From Pavona decussata (taxonomy: Eukaryota), in the NCBI GenBank assembly GCA_977016875.1, contig CDRNST010000054.1, positions 124,001 to 188,000 on the forward strand: 64,000 nucleotides of DNA, read 5' to 3'. The position numbers and the translations under genes are program-made. Below, in pieces: positions 1-11,100 of this stretch. Positions within the stretch are counted from its first letter, which is position 1, and each line of letters opens with the position of its first letter. The notes under the pieces are model-generated. The model was given only the letters and a program-made list of their open reading frames with translations, did no database searches and was not told where the DNA came from.

Positions 1-44
1 ATGCTGTATATACTCACATGATTCACCAGAAGCAAGCAGTCATA

Positions 45-640
45 ACCTCATGGGTAGAACATACCTGATGGTTACAATACGAACATCCACTAATCTAACA
101 AAAAAAAAAAATTAATCTCGCCATTAACTATTTGTAACCGTGTGGGTAGCACATACCTGATGGTTACAATATCATCCACTAATCTAACAAAAAAATTAAT
201 CTTGCCATTAACTATTTGTAACTGCGTGGGTAGTACATACCTGATGATTACAATATCACCCACTAATCTAACAAAAAAATTAATCTTGCCATTAACTACT
301 TGTAACGGGGTGGGTAGTCCATACCTGATGGTTACAATATCATCCACTAATCTAACAAAAAAATTAATCGTTCCATTAACTATGTGTAACCGCGTGGGTA
401 GTACATATCTGATGGTTACAATATCATCCACTAATCTAGCCAAAAAAATAAATCTCGCCATTAACTATTTGTAACCACGTGGGTAGTACATACCTGATGG
501 TTACAATATCATCAACTAACCTAGCCAAAAAAATAAATCTCACCATTAACTATGTGTAACCGCATGGGTAGTACATACCTGATGGTTACAACATCTTTCA
601 ATAATCATGCCATCAACTATTTTAACCTCATGGGCAGCGT
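45..640. repeat. Tandem repeat, 84-85 bp unit, about 7 copies
   Basis: TGGGTAG(T/C/A)ACATACCTGATGGTTACAATATCATCCACTAATCT... recurs at 51, 143, 227, 311, 395, 480, 565; spacing 84-85 bp except 92 bp for the first unit. Confidence 0.95.
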
Positions 641-2678
641 ATAGTATTAATTTCATAATGTATCATTGCCCCCTAGATATGGATCACTGTCATCACCAGA
701 GAACTGATGGGTGAACTCCTACTACGGTAAGTATTAAACGTACAGTTACTTATAGTGTTTATGTCCATTCATGAAACACATTCATAAAAATACTGATGCC
801 CCCAACATTTCCAGTGTTTTACCATCCCATGCCACATGAAAAGAAAGAATTTCTACATCATTCTACAGTTGTGAACAATAGTACCCTAGCCTTTGAGTGA
901 ATGCAAGGATGGAATTGTAAATAACACTGCAAATAGAACGTGATTAACATATAAAGGGCAGACCATTTGACTTTTGAGGTGTGTGGAGTTGGCCCAGTGT
1001 TCAGAAAAATAAATGTATCCTGCACACAGACTTGAAACAAATAAAAATTCTTGCATGGAGTTAAGCTTAGTAGTTCGATATTTGCACCCAAAAAATCAGA
1101 GGGAAAATCTATTTTAGTAGTAAGCTTGAAAAAAATTCTTGCCCAAACCAAACGAGCTGCACCCTAGTCCCTCTCCTCAAAAGTCAAATAGTCGGCTCCT
1201 AATATAAGAAAGCAGCTTATTGTATATAAACGCACTTGTACATTAAGTGTAAGTGTGCCAAATATCTTGTGACACCACAATAAGCTTTGAAATTAACTTT
1301 GTAGCCTTGATCCTCATGTGGTGGTCTCTTAGTAACTACCACCTCATCAATAGCTGCAGGGTATCAAAACAAACACTCATTTGCACTCAAAGTGGACCCA
1401 GCATGGACCCAACTCAGCTTTTTTAACTCAGCAGTCCCTCTGTCATAATAAATTTATTATTATCCAGTCCCAGTCTCCAGTTACTCTGCCCAGATTGGAG
1501 TCAAAGTTGTTTCGTAATTTTTGGTAGATCTCCTCAATTTTTCCCGTAAGGTGACAACAATTGCTATTTGGCCGTCCACGTAGTATACGAAGATTTTCTA
1601 CCTTTGATGTGGAATGATGTCTGACGATTGTTTCATATCCCTGTGGTGCCCACGCCAGAGAAGCCTTGCATTGCACTCCTGCAGGGAAATCCTGTAGTGT
1701 CGGACATGAGAAGTTCAACATTGCAATCTACAGGTAACCAAACCAACGGCTCTTTTAAGAGCCACCAAGTTTAAAAAAAGCTATGACAGCACGATACAGA
1801 GTGATCACATGGTAATGGCTCTCAGCAATAAAGGGTTTTGACTTGTCTAATTCGCCAACACGTTTTGCTTGAAGATAAATTAATCTAGCAACTGTTCAAA
1901 TTTGATTGAAATTAAACAAATCGCCCTCGTGTTGTAACTCTTAAAATTGTCCCCTTCAAGACAAAACATATAAAATAGTTTTTGAGAAAAGCGCTTAAAA
2001 TAAATCTTCACTTCCTGTTCACTGCAAATTACAAACATCGCCCCCAAAGGGGAGTTGAACAGTGGGAGTGGGAGATAATTATATTTATAAATCAGTCAAA
2101 CAAGCCGCCAAGCAAAAAATCACATACCGGCAAACGTTCAATTACTAACGGGTCCCTTTAATTCGAGCTCCATGAATTACTGATGACATGAAAGTTCCCA
2201 GGTGAAACATAGCATCCCCACTACTCAGAGGCAGAACCAGTACCAAAAGCTGCAATGGAAGCCAAGAAAGAACTAAAGTGACAATGTCGTGAACAAGAAT
2301 CAGAGGCTGGCGAAGATGCAGAAGAGGCAAAGAAAAGGCGTAATACTTACCACAAAAACTTAACAAAAGCTCAAAAGAAAAGGCAAAATGAAAGAAAGAA
2401 GATTGAGGCTGCTGGAAATAGGGAAAGGAAAGAAGATAAAACTGTCATTATTAAAGCGGACAAAACAGAAGCATGCAAACCGCATAACGACAGCAGTGTT
2501 GACCACAGAGCGGACAGTAGGGATGCCAGCCAGCAAGATTTCTCAAGAGGAAAACGAATGGTTGCTGCACTCATAAGAACTGAGACAGTTAAAGGAAGAG
2601 ACACTAAGGGCCTCAAAGCAACAACACAGGCAAGTAAAGCATCAGGAAAGGCGGGATACACAGCTCAGTCAAGTATCA

Positions 2679-4167
2679 GTGCCCTCAAAAAAAATCGAAC
2701 CCTCTAATTTGAGGCAAGAGTTGGGAGCAAAGCCCATTGGAAGTGGTATCTTTGGCATGTGCTTCCTTGCAAAGTACCGTGGAATAAAAGTGGTACTTAA
2801 AGAGTACAAGAGTGCGGACAGTTCGACCAAAGGCAACAGCTACGAAAGGCGTAGGGAAGAGGCTGCCCATGAGGCTGAGGTCACCCTGGAGCTGGGTGAT
2901 CATCCGGGAACACCCCTTTTATTTGGGGTTTTATCTCTGCAACAGCCAGTCAGCAGCGTGCTGAAATTTCACGGAAACGGAAGCGAAACCCTTACCCTCT
3001 TAAAAGCAGCAAAGAAAAGAAAAATAGCGAAAGAGGATCAGTGGAAGAAGATTTTTTTGTGATGTTGCGGATGCCCTGCAGCATATTCACAAATGCGGAT
3101 ACATACACAATGACCTGAAAAGCAATAATGTTGTCCTTGAGACAACTGAAAGTAGCCACCCGAAACCTGTAATCATCCAACTTGGAAAAAGTGTTCTGGC
3201 AGTAAAAGCGAAGAAGCCTAATGCAAAACCACTCTGTATGCGAGCACAATACAAGAACAGCTACATTGCACCAGAGTTAAGGTTACCCGGGACCTTCAGA
3301 GGTGTCTCGCGTTTAAGCGATGTAGCGCGTCCAGTTTAAACTGTAGACACCTAAACCCCTATATATATATATATATAGAGCTGACTATCAAACCATACAA
3401 AGAATTTTGAAATAAAATAAATTGTCGAATTTTTCACGACCTCTAATTGCGAGCGTCTGAATCACCTTTTCAAAGCTACTAGTCAAAGTGAATTTTGTTT
3501 TTTGCTAATTTAATTTGCTCCTCAGTTTCCGGACCCAAAGCGCTAAAAAAAAGGGTCTGCGTTTTGCCATATTCAATCGCAGTGAAAAGTTATAGAGCAT
3601 TTTCAAAATAGGATGAAAAAAATGCTGAGTAATCGTACAAAAATCGCTCTCGGAGAAAAAATATTTCGAAAGAAAAAATTCGCAGACACGTTTTTGTTGT
3701 TTATATGTTAAACTAGCTACTGTCCAAATTTGAAGGCAAACGAACAAATTCCTTTTGAGTTTTAGCTCTTTGAAGTGGCTCCTCCAAGTGAAAAAAATTT
3801 ATTCGAGAAAACAGCGCTAAACATTCGGCAATTCATTTTATTTCAAAATTCTTGGTTTAGTTGGATAGCCAGCTCTATAAGCTTTAATTTGATATAAGGG
3901 TTCCGGTATCTACAGTTTAATCCGGACGCGCTACATCGCTTGGACGCGATACACCTCTGAAGACACCTCTGAAGGTACCGAGTAACCTTAATCGACGGTA
4001 TGTGTAAACCATCTGTTAAAACTGATATTTTTTCCTTTTGTTTCTTGATCAAGTTAGTGTATGGGTTTTTGAAGTTTAATCTCCTTCCAATTGTGTGAAA
4101 TGCTCTAACGCAGCCTTCAGAAAGTCGACCCCAAATTGAAAGGCTGAAAGAGTCTTTAACGGAGTGA
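2679..4167 (+). pseudogene. Intronless Ser/Thr-type protein kinase pseudogene, split by a MITE
   Basis: GSGIFG glycine loop, VVLKEY lysine and HEAE helix C; after a frameshift near 3060, HNDLKSNNVV catalytic loop, QLG in place of DFG, and YIAPEL ending at 3280. Resumes after 3991 as IDGMCKPSVKTDIFSF...RPQIERLKESLTE* with one internal stop. Confidence 0.85.
3281..3987. mobile_element. Non-autonomous TTAA-targeting DNA transposon (GG termini, Kolobok-like MITE)
   Basis: TTAA at 3277-3280 and 3988-3991; imperfect TIRs of about 85 bp (GGTTACCCGGGACCTTCAGAGGTGT... / ...ACACCTCTGAAGGTACCGAGTAACC); removing it restores the kinase frame. Confidence 0.9.
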
Positions 4168-4185
4168 CAATGTACGATGGGAAAC

Positions 4186-4784
4186 AATTCTTGGTTTTCA
4201 CATGACGTCACCAAATTCTTGAATGCAAAACAGGAAGCCTACAAAACTCTTACCTCCATTCAAGGAAAGATTACATAAGAATGTCTTCTCACAATTTTTA
4301 GCTCGATTTCATTCTTCCTTTTGAAAATAGAACAGTTTCCATTTCCGAGTTTTCATCCGCGTGACATCAAGAGGACGGCCGTAACAGAGCTGTTCCTTAT
4401 CTTAAAAATGACTCTTCGGGTGATTTTCAGCATTCTAAACAATTTAAGTTTGAGTAGAAATATTCATTGTAACATTCCCAAATTCACAAGGGAAAACAAA
4501 CCTCTTTTCTGGCAAAAGTTAACTCCAGATGTTTTTTCCTATTTCCGGTTGCCACGTTGGTGTCCCTCAACATGGCGTTTCCATACTAAGCTCTATAAAT
4601 TTGTGCGAAACATTTTGTCAAATAACCCAAAGACGGAATACCACACAGATCTGACACTTGGACAAGTTTCTTATTTACTTATCACCTATAACATGTCCAT
4701 TTCTTGGGTTCATTCATGGAATGGTTTCAATGTTTTTTTTTTTTCACGCACACAGGAATGGCGTGAAAGTAAAAACTGGCAATA
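4186..4784. mobile_element. Interspersed non-autonomous DNA element of a common coral-type family
   Basis: Ends AATTCTTGGTTTTCACATGACGTCACC ... GAATGGCGTGAAAGTAAAAACTGGCAATA, with internal CATGGCGTTTCCATACTAAGCTCTATAAATTTG; recognised from memory of the family; TIR degenerate. Confidence 0.6.
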
Positions 4785-5096
4785 AGCCGGAAACCAACTA
4801 TTTCGATCTGACACAGTAAGAAAATTAATTCAGCCGGTAACAAGGTTGTGCCGTCTGGTATTTGTCGGATTATGGACATTTTAACAGTTAGAGTCACAGT
4901 TTTATCTAAACGAAGCAACAAGAACATAAATTTGTCAATATGCTGTAGTTTTGCTTTTCTTTCAAATTTTATTCAGGGTGGTAGGCTCCTCACGTGGCTT
5001 GATTTTATGACTGAACCGATATGCATCGGTGTAAGATATCGAAAATTGTGAGTTTCAGATGAATAAAGCCATCCGTATAAATGAAATTATTCCCAG

Positions 5097-5190
5097 TCAG
5101 TCTGTGCTTAAAGCCTCTTTCAGCTCTGTAATTGAAGGTCGAATCCTGGGAGGCTGTTTCAGGGCGTTTCCTACCATCCAGAGGAGAATG
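5097..5190 (-). pseudogene. C-terminal tail of a second, paralogous kinase
   Basis: Minus-strand ILLWMVGNALKQPPRIRPSITELKEALSTD* aligns with NLLPIV*NALTQPSESRPQIERLKESLTE* at 4078-4167. Confidence 0.7.
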
Positions 5191-6809
5191 ACATAAGGAA
5201 TGACATATAGGGTGCAAGTCGCGCAGTGAATTCCTTTGAGCACGTACTTGCCCAAAGGGGGAAAATTAAATTTGTATTAATTCCACGTTATGGGGGAACT
5301 GGAACAAGTTCGGTTAGTAATACATGCTGAAATAATATTCATTCCTGTTTTATAATTTTGGGAATGTAAAGAACAAAGAGACACCAACAAATGCTGCATG
5401 ATGAAACTAGCTCGACCTGACATCAATAGTAAATTAGATATAAGCGTAAGAGCATGACAAACGCTGCAATTATTTTGTTTTCTTTATGGATTTTTATGCA
5501 CTGTATGTCTCTTTTGGTAATGCGGAACAAGAGTAAACAAATGTACAGTTATGTTCGTTTTTTGAATATTGTTCAGCTGTGATTCATACAGAATTTCCGA
5601 AGCGATAGCTTCCCATGTCTGGCACATGTTTTAGATGACAAAAGTCATAACCATCTGAATTGCATGACAGTGCGAATTTAAATACCTAAAAATGCAACAA
5701 GAACGAGATACGGTATCTAAAAAGGTCAAAGTTTACTGTTTTGAGTAATTTCACTCTCGGATTAATTTCAAATTTATAGATGTTATACAATTAGAGCCAC
5801 TATCGAAACCAGATCTAACTAATCAGCAATAACCACCCTGAAACCCTTTCTTGCTCAAGGGCGATTTTCAAAGGGTTACGCTCTGTATTCATGATTTGCT
5901 ACTAAACGAGTTTTTGAGTTACCATTCTCTCTTCAATGTAAGTCCATTTACACTGCTTTAGTGTTCTACCAGCTGTAAATATGTCATGCATTTACAACTA
6001 GCTTGACCCTACAATTAATGGAGGACAAGTAACATGGATAATCAAGCCACATTGCAAAATTATCTTAAAGTATATAAAAAGAATTATGATTATCATTTCC
6101 ATCATTCTCTGGGACATGTTAAAATGTAGTATCTCAAGCGTATCTTACACAGCATTCATGATTTTAATTTTATAAAAAATATCTGTCAAACTGGCTAGTA
6201 GCTATTTACTATTCTTTTGTCCCTTTCCTTTATGCAATACCATTAATGTAGTGGAGCTTATAAATTCTTTCCTGAGACCTGATGTGAGGAGCAAGGGGGT
6301 AAAGATCGACCTGATCATGGTCCCTATGGAATTTCTTCCATTCGTTGCTTTTTGATTTGGGGCTAAATAAGCCATTTTCAGCACGGGAAGCACGGCATCC
6401 AACTCCCCTGAAGGAAACTTCAACGGCATCGTATTACAATCTATACGACATGGCCATCCTTGCGGTTTTGTTCAATTAGACATCAGTGCCGCTGAAACAA
6501 AGGGCCTATTTTCGCCACACCGAGGAGGTACATGCTCCCGTGTTAACTGGCGCCTTAAATGTACAACATATGATTGCCCTAGCCCGACAGCATGCATGCA
6601 CTCGCTGGGGATCAACAAGTGCTCCCAACATCCAGAAACCCACCTCAAGGCGAGTACTTAAATTCGAAGAGGGTGAGTGGCCCCGCATTACAGGGTTCCA
6701 ACTGATATGATGGTCCAATATTTTATTTTACAAGCGGACTTTGGACATTTATGTTTGAGATTCTTTGTGGAACACATCGATCTTGAAAATTAATTTGTCA
6801 AGATTGCAA

Positions 6810-7170
6810 GGGGTATCCAATCGAGCAAAGTCGAACTAAAAGCTGATCAAACTCAATCGATTGCATTCAGTAATCAAATAAAATAGAATGTCTTATTAGC
6901 TGTGAGATCGATTCCTGGCCGAACCAAATCAAACAAGATCGAAGTCCTAACCCAAATCGATTTTGTTCGGAACACATGGGGGAGTAATCACAATATCAGG
7001 TCATAATACAATCAGAAGTTTGGTTATCGAACGTTCAATTGAGTTCGTTTCTTGATTGTTTGGCAAACGGACGTTTGATTGAGTCCCGTAGACATTGCGA
7101 GTTCGATTGTGTTCAATTACCGAACCCAATTGAGCGATCAGTGTTGGATTGCTGAACGTTCCATAGGATA
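6810..7170. repeat. Degenerate MITE-like repeat rich in ATCGAAC/GTTCGAT motifs
   Basis: Left half carries CAATCGA/CGAAC motifs, right half their reverse complements; ends GGGTATCCAATCGAGC ... GTTCCATAGGATA. Confidence 0.5.
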
Positions 7171-7979
7171 ACCAAGGAGATACAAAACCTTTTTCATGAA
7201 CTAACATTTTAACACACACACACGCACACTTTTTGTCTGCACTCTTATAGACAACAACAAAACCAATTTATTTGCATTCCCATTACCGATCAAAAAAATT
7301 TTGTACGCCGCCTGTTGCTGTGTTGACACACTTTTCAGCACTGGCAAATTTAAGGGCACCGTTTCCACTTGCTTATAGAACTTGATTTTACTATCCTCTA
7401 ACTGGTGTCCTGTCTTGTTTGCATGCTTGCGTAAAGATCGTTGCGTGGCAAACTAGCGAAGGCAGTTTGAACATCTTGCTTTGAAAGCAGGCATACTTGC
7501 TTTTAAAAATGGAAGCCATGAAATCACAATTTACGTTAGTTATAACATGTTGAGTTAAACATTAAAGTAGGAAATGAATCTTACCAGAAATATTTTTGAC
7601 CCAACAAATATTTCATTCTATCAAAAGAAATTCTCCAAACGAGTTGCAATATTTATGTTCAAAGTGATATTTAAACATTCCCTAAACACTTTCCAAATCG
7701 TAAAAAAAGCTGCAGTGAAACCACCATTTACAGCCGGAATCTTCTTTTCAAAGAAATACTCCGAAGGAGATGCAAGATTAACGGTGATTAAGATTATGGT
7801 GCAAACATTTTTTACTTCCGACAAGGGCTTACCAAAAACTCAGAAAAAAACAAAACAAAAAAGGGTGTCATTTGTGGTTCACTCTTTCGGTTTTGAGGTT
7901 CACAGGCTATAAAGCTGCACTACGTGATCTCAATTTTCTTAATTGATTTAATGAAAGTTCAGAGAGTAAATCTTCATTG

Positions 7980-8120
7980 GGACGTATACAAAACATGGAC
8001 CCAGGTCCATGGACCACCCATGTGGACCCGGTCCATGGACCACCTCGTGGACCCGGTCCATGGACTACCTCGTGGACCCGGTCCATGGACCATCCCTGTG
8101 GACTGGGTCCATGGACCCAG
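7980..8120. repeat. Left TIR with five ~25-bp subrepeats around the palindrome GGTCCATGGACC
   Basis: GGACCCGGTCCATGGACCACC-type units in tandem. Confidence 0.95.
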
Positions 8121-8172
8121 CCCCTGTCGAACCACCAAAGACCCCCCTTCGATTCTTTACGAACACGTGGAA

Positions 8173-11100
8173 ATGGCGGAAGGTGAGATAAACTGCCACT
8201 ATGTTTATTTTGAATTTTTGAATATGCTCCTTTGCGAATCTGTTCTTAATTCAAATCTATTTGAGGTCACGATTAATTTTACTTGTATTTATTTTTCTAT
8301 AGATATGTATGGAGACTTGTCGAGCTCTGATTCAGACAGGTACGAATTAGTTTGGTAAATAATGTTTGTTACGCTTTCGCTGCATGTTGCTTGTTCTGGT
8401 GTTCGATTAACGAAGAGGACAGTCAGAATCAAGATTTGATGTTTTTTTTGTTCTTTTAGTGTGGGGGTGTACGAGAAGGATCAGGACAAAACAACCGAGT
8501 AAGTAAAACCAAAAATTTACATGTAGCATAAAAATAGATTTCATGCGGCAAACGAAGCGTGAAATATAAGCTTAAAGTTTGTATGGGAATTCACGGTTTA
8601 CCGTGCCAAATGATTTATGTAACATTCAATTTCTGCAATATCTGTTAATTCGAAACTGAAGTTACCGAACATTATAATTACTCTTCTTTTTCTGAAATTT
8701 GAAGGATGTAGCCAATGTACGAAACCTTAAATCGTACTTTAGTTTTCCATATATTTGTGCTGGACGGCGCTGATGTCTACGGGAAAACTCAGACGAATGT
8801 CTGAAAAAAATGAAAAATCAACTACAAGTTCCCCATCACGGGCGCGAACCTCCAATTTTATCAGGAAAATAATCTACATGACATCTTAAATTTACAATTC
8901 ATAAATAAGCCAGAAACTTAATTTTCCGGAAGTTATTTGGTATTGAAATCCCCCAATTTTCCAAATAGAGTATTATACGCTACGTTTGCCCCATTGTCAT
9001 AAGTTGGATCATACCGCGAAAAGGTGATGCGATGCCATGAATATAAAAAGATTTGAGGCGTCGTTCTGAGGCCACAGTTTTTTACTTTTGATTCAATCTT
9101 CAAGATTAATGCGCCCCAAATTCAAAATGTTCTTGCCCACAATTGACCCGTACAGTCAAATTTCCTTGAGGAAATTGTGATGGGGATGAGGATTTTGGAA
9201 TGACATCTGCACCTCCCTCCAAGTGGACACCATGATCTATTAAAGCACACAAACCCTCCCCAGCACACCTCACTCCACAAGTGAATGGAAAACTGAAACA
9301 ACCCTCAAATTTAATCATGCATGTTATCTCAAATATATAATTTACAAATACCATGGAACACAGCTGCGTTTTCTCTAGAGTGAGAAGCGAAAAACAGTCC
9401 GGGGAGGGGGTATGCTCCACTGTAAAAATTTAATGTTTGGCCCTTCTAAAATGTCAGGAAATGCATCTTAAACAGCCATGTGCGATTTATGTACTTACTA
9501 TAAATAGCACAGATTTCTAGCATGAATAAATTGTTTATTATNNNNNNNNNNNNNNNNNNNNNNNNNNNNNNNNNNNNNNNNNNNNNNNNNNNNNNNNNNN
9601 NNNNNNNNNNNNNNNNNNNNNNNNNNNNNNNNNNNNNNNNNNNNNNNNNNNNNNNNNNNNNNNNNNNNNNNNNNNNNNNNNNNNNNNNNNNNNNNNNNNN
9701 NNNNNNNNTTATTTCTAGTGTCTTGCATAGCGCGCGATCAGGGGGACTAAGACGAGTGTAATACGACCTCATGTTTGCACTCATTTTGGTGCGTATTCGC
9801 ACTCTAAAATGCTATCTCGTATAATAAATGTAGTTATCCACCATTGTTAAAGTCAAATATCACCAGTGCTCATGACGATTTCACTTCTGCTCTGTTTGTA
9901 AGCTTTAAGTTTTAGTCAAAAATGTTGTAGCCTCTCAGCATAAAAAGATCGCGGGAGAAATCTTGGTCAAGACTATTTATATCAACATGTAATGACATCT
10001 ATGCCCATCACGGGGAGTGCGAGGGTAATAATTCTAAAGATTTTATTGCTATTGCAGTCAAAAAACACTTCAACGTGTATCATTGTATAATTAACATGCT
10101 CATGTTGACCTGTTAGGATTGCTTCAGAGGTTCAAGTTCTCCATGATGACATAATAGAGGTGAAGTATTCATTACATAATATCCAAATATTAATTGGTCA
10201 CTCTGAAGCTTTTGACTTAGTGAACAGTACAGAGAGGCTCATTATACTGTTTGCGCATTATTTTTTAGGTAATTTTGTTCACTGTTTCAGTCACATATAC
10301 AATTTATATATTAAAGCACCTGTTAACAGGCTAACTAATGTTTTGATTGGCCGATTACATTTAAAAACTGGCACTAGAAAATGCATTCGTTTTAATTTTC
10401 CTTGCCTACAATGATCTACGTGACAAAAACAATACTGGATAGAGAGCAAGTGGGAAAACTGTAGGAAACAATAATACGGAGAGACATACGACTCACCCGA
10501 TATAACACACAGTTGCAAATATACCTGTGGAAAGGCATCGCTATAGTGTTATAATTTGTCTTTCTTAAACGATGGAATCGGCATTCAAAGGACCCTAAAT
10601 GATTGCTAATAATGATTTATATCTCTAGGTAGTATCAAACAGTGGAGACGAAGAAACAGTAGATATTCCTATGTCACCACTTTCAGACACTGGGAGTGAA
10701 GAAAAATTAGACGTGTCTATGTCACCCCTTAAGGACAAGCAAGATATCAGCTTCTTCAATGGCAATTCTCGGTGCAAAAAGTTGAATCTGGATTCAAATG
10801 AAAACCTTAATGTAGTTCCTATTCTGATGAATGGCAGGGACACCCCAAATTTAATAAGTACCAGAGTGCCAAGTCGTTGCCAGGAAAATGCTTCATTCAT
10901 TATTGACTTGGATGCTTTGGACAGTAGAGAGGACGTTTACTGTGATGACAACGGCGTCTGGTTGTCCACTGGTTGTAAGTCCAAACTATTTACAATCGAG
11001 AGAGGGCCTGGCAATAAAGTACTTAACCTGACAAAGGTCGCACATTGTGAGGATCCTGGTTCCGCCGATGTTACAGTTTGCAGACGTACATACCGTTGCA

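Noticed and set aside
90-474. ORFs 90-461 (-) and 142-474 (+)
   Set aside because: By-products of an 84-bp tandem repeat; neighbouring units shift the frame
6200-6780. Coding-looking stretches here and at 1443-1735, 24120-24500 and 51360-51790
   Set aside because: Multiple stops and no motif I can assign; left unannotated
7980-8120. CRISPR-like short palindromic repeats (also 15463-15607)
   Set aside because: No unique spacers or cas genes; they are mirrored subrepeats of a transposon TIR flanked by a 9-bp TSD
9446-9802. ORFs spanning the N run
   Set aside because: Gap artefacts
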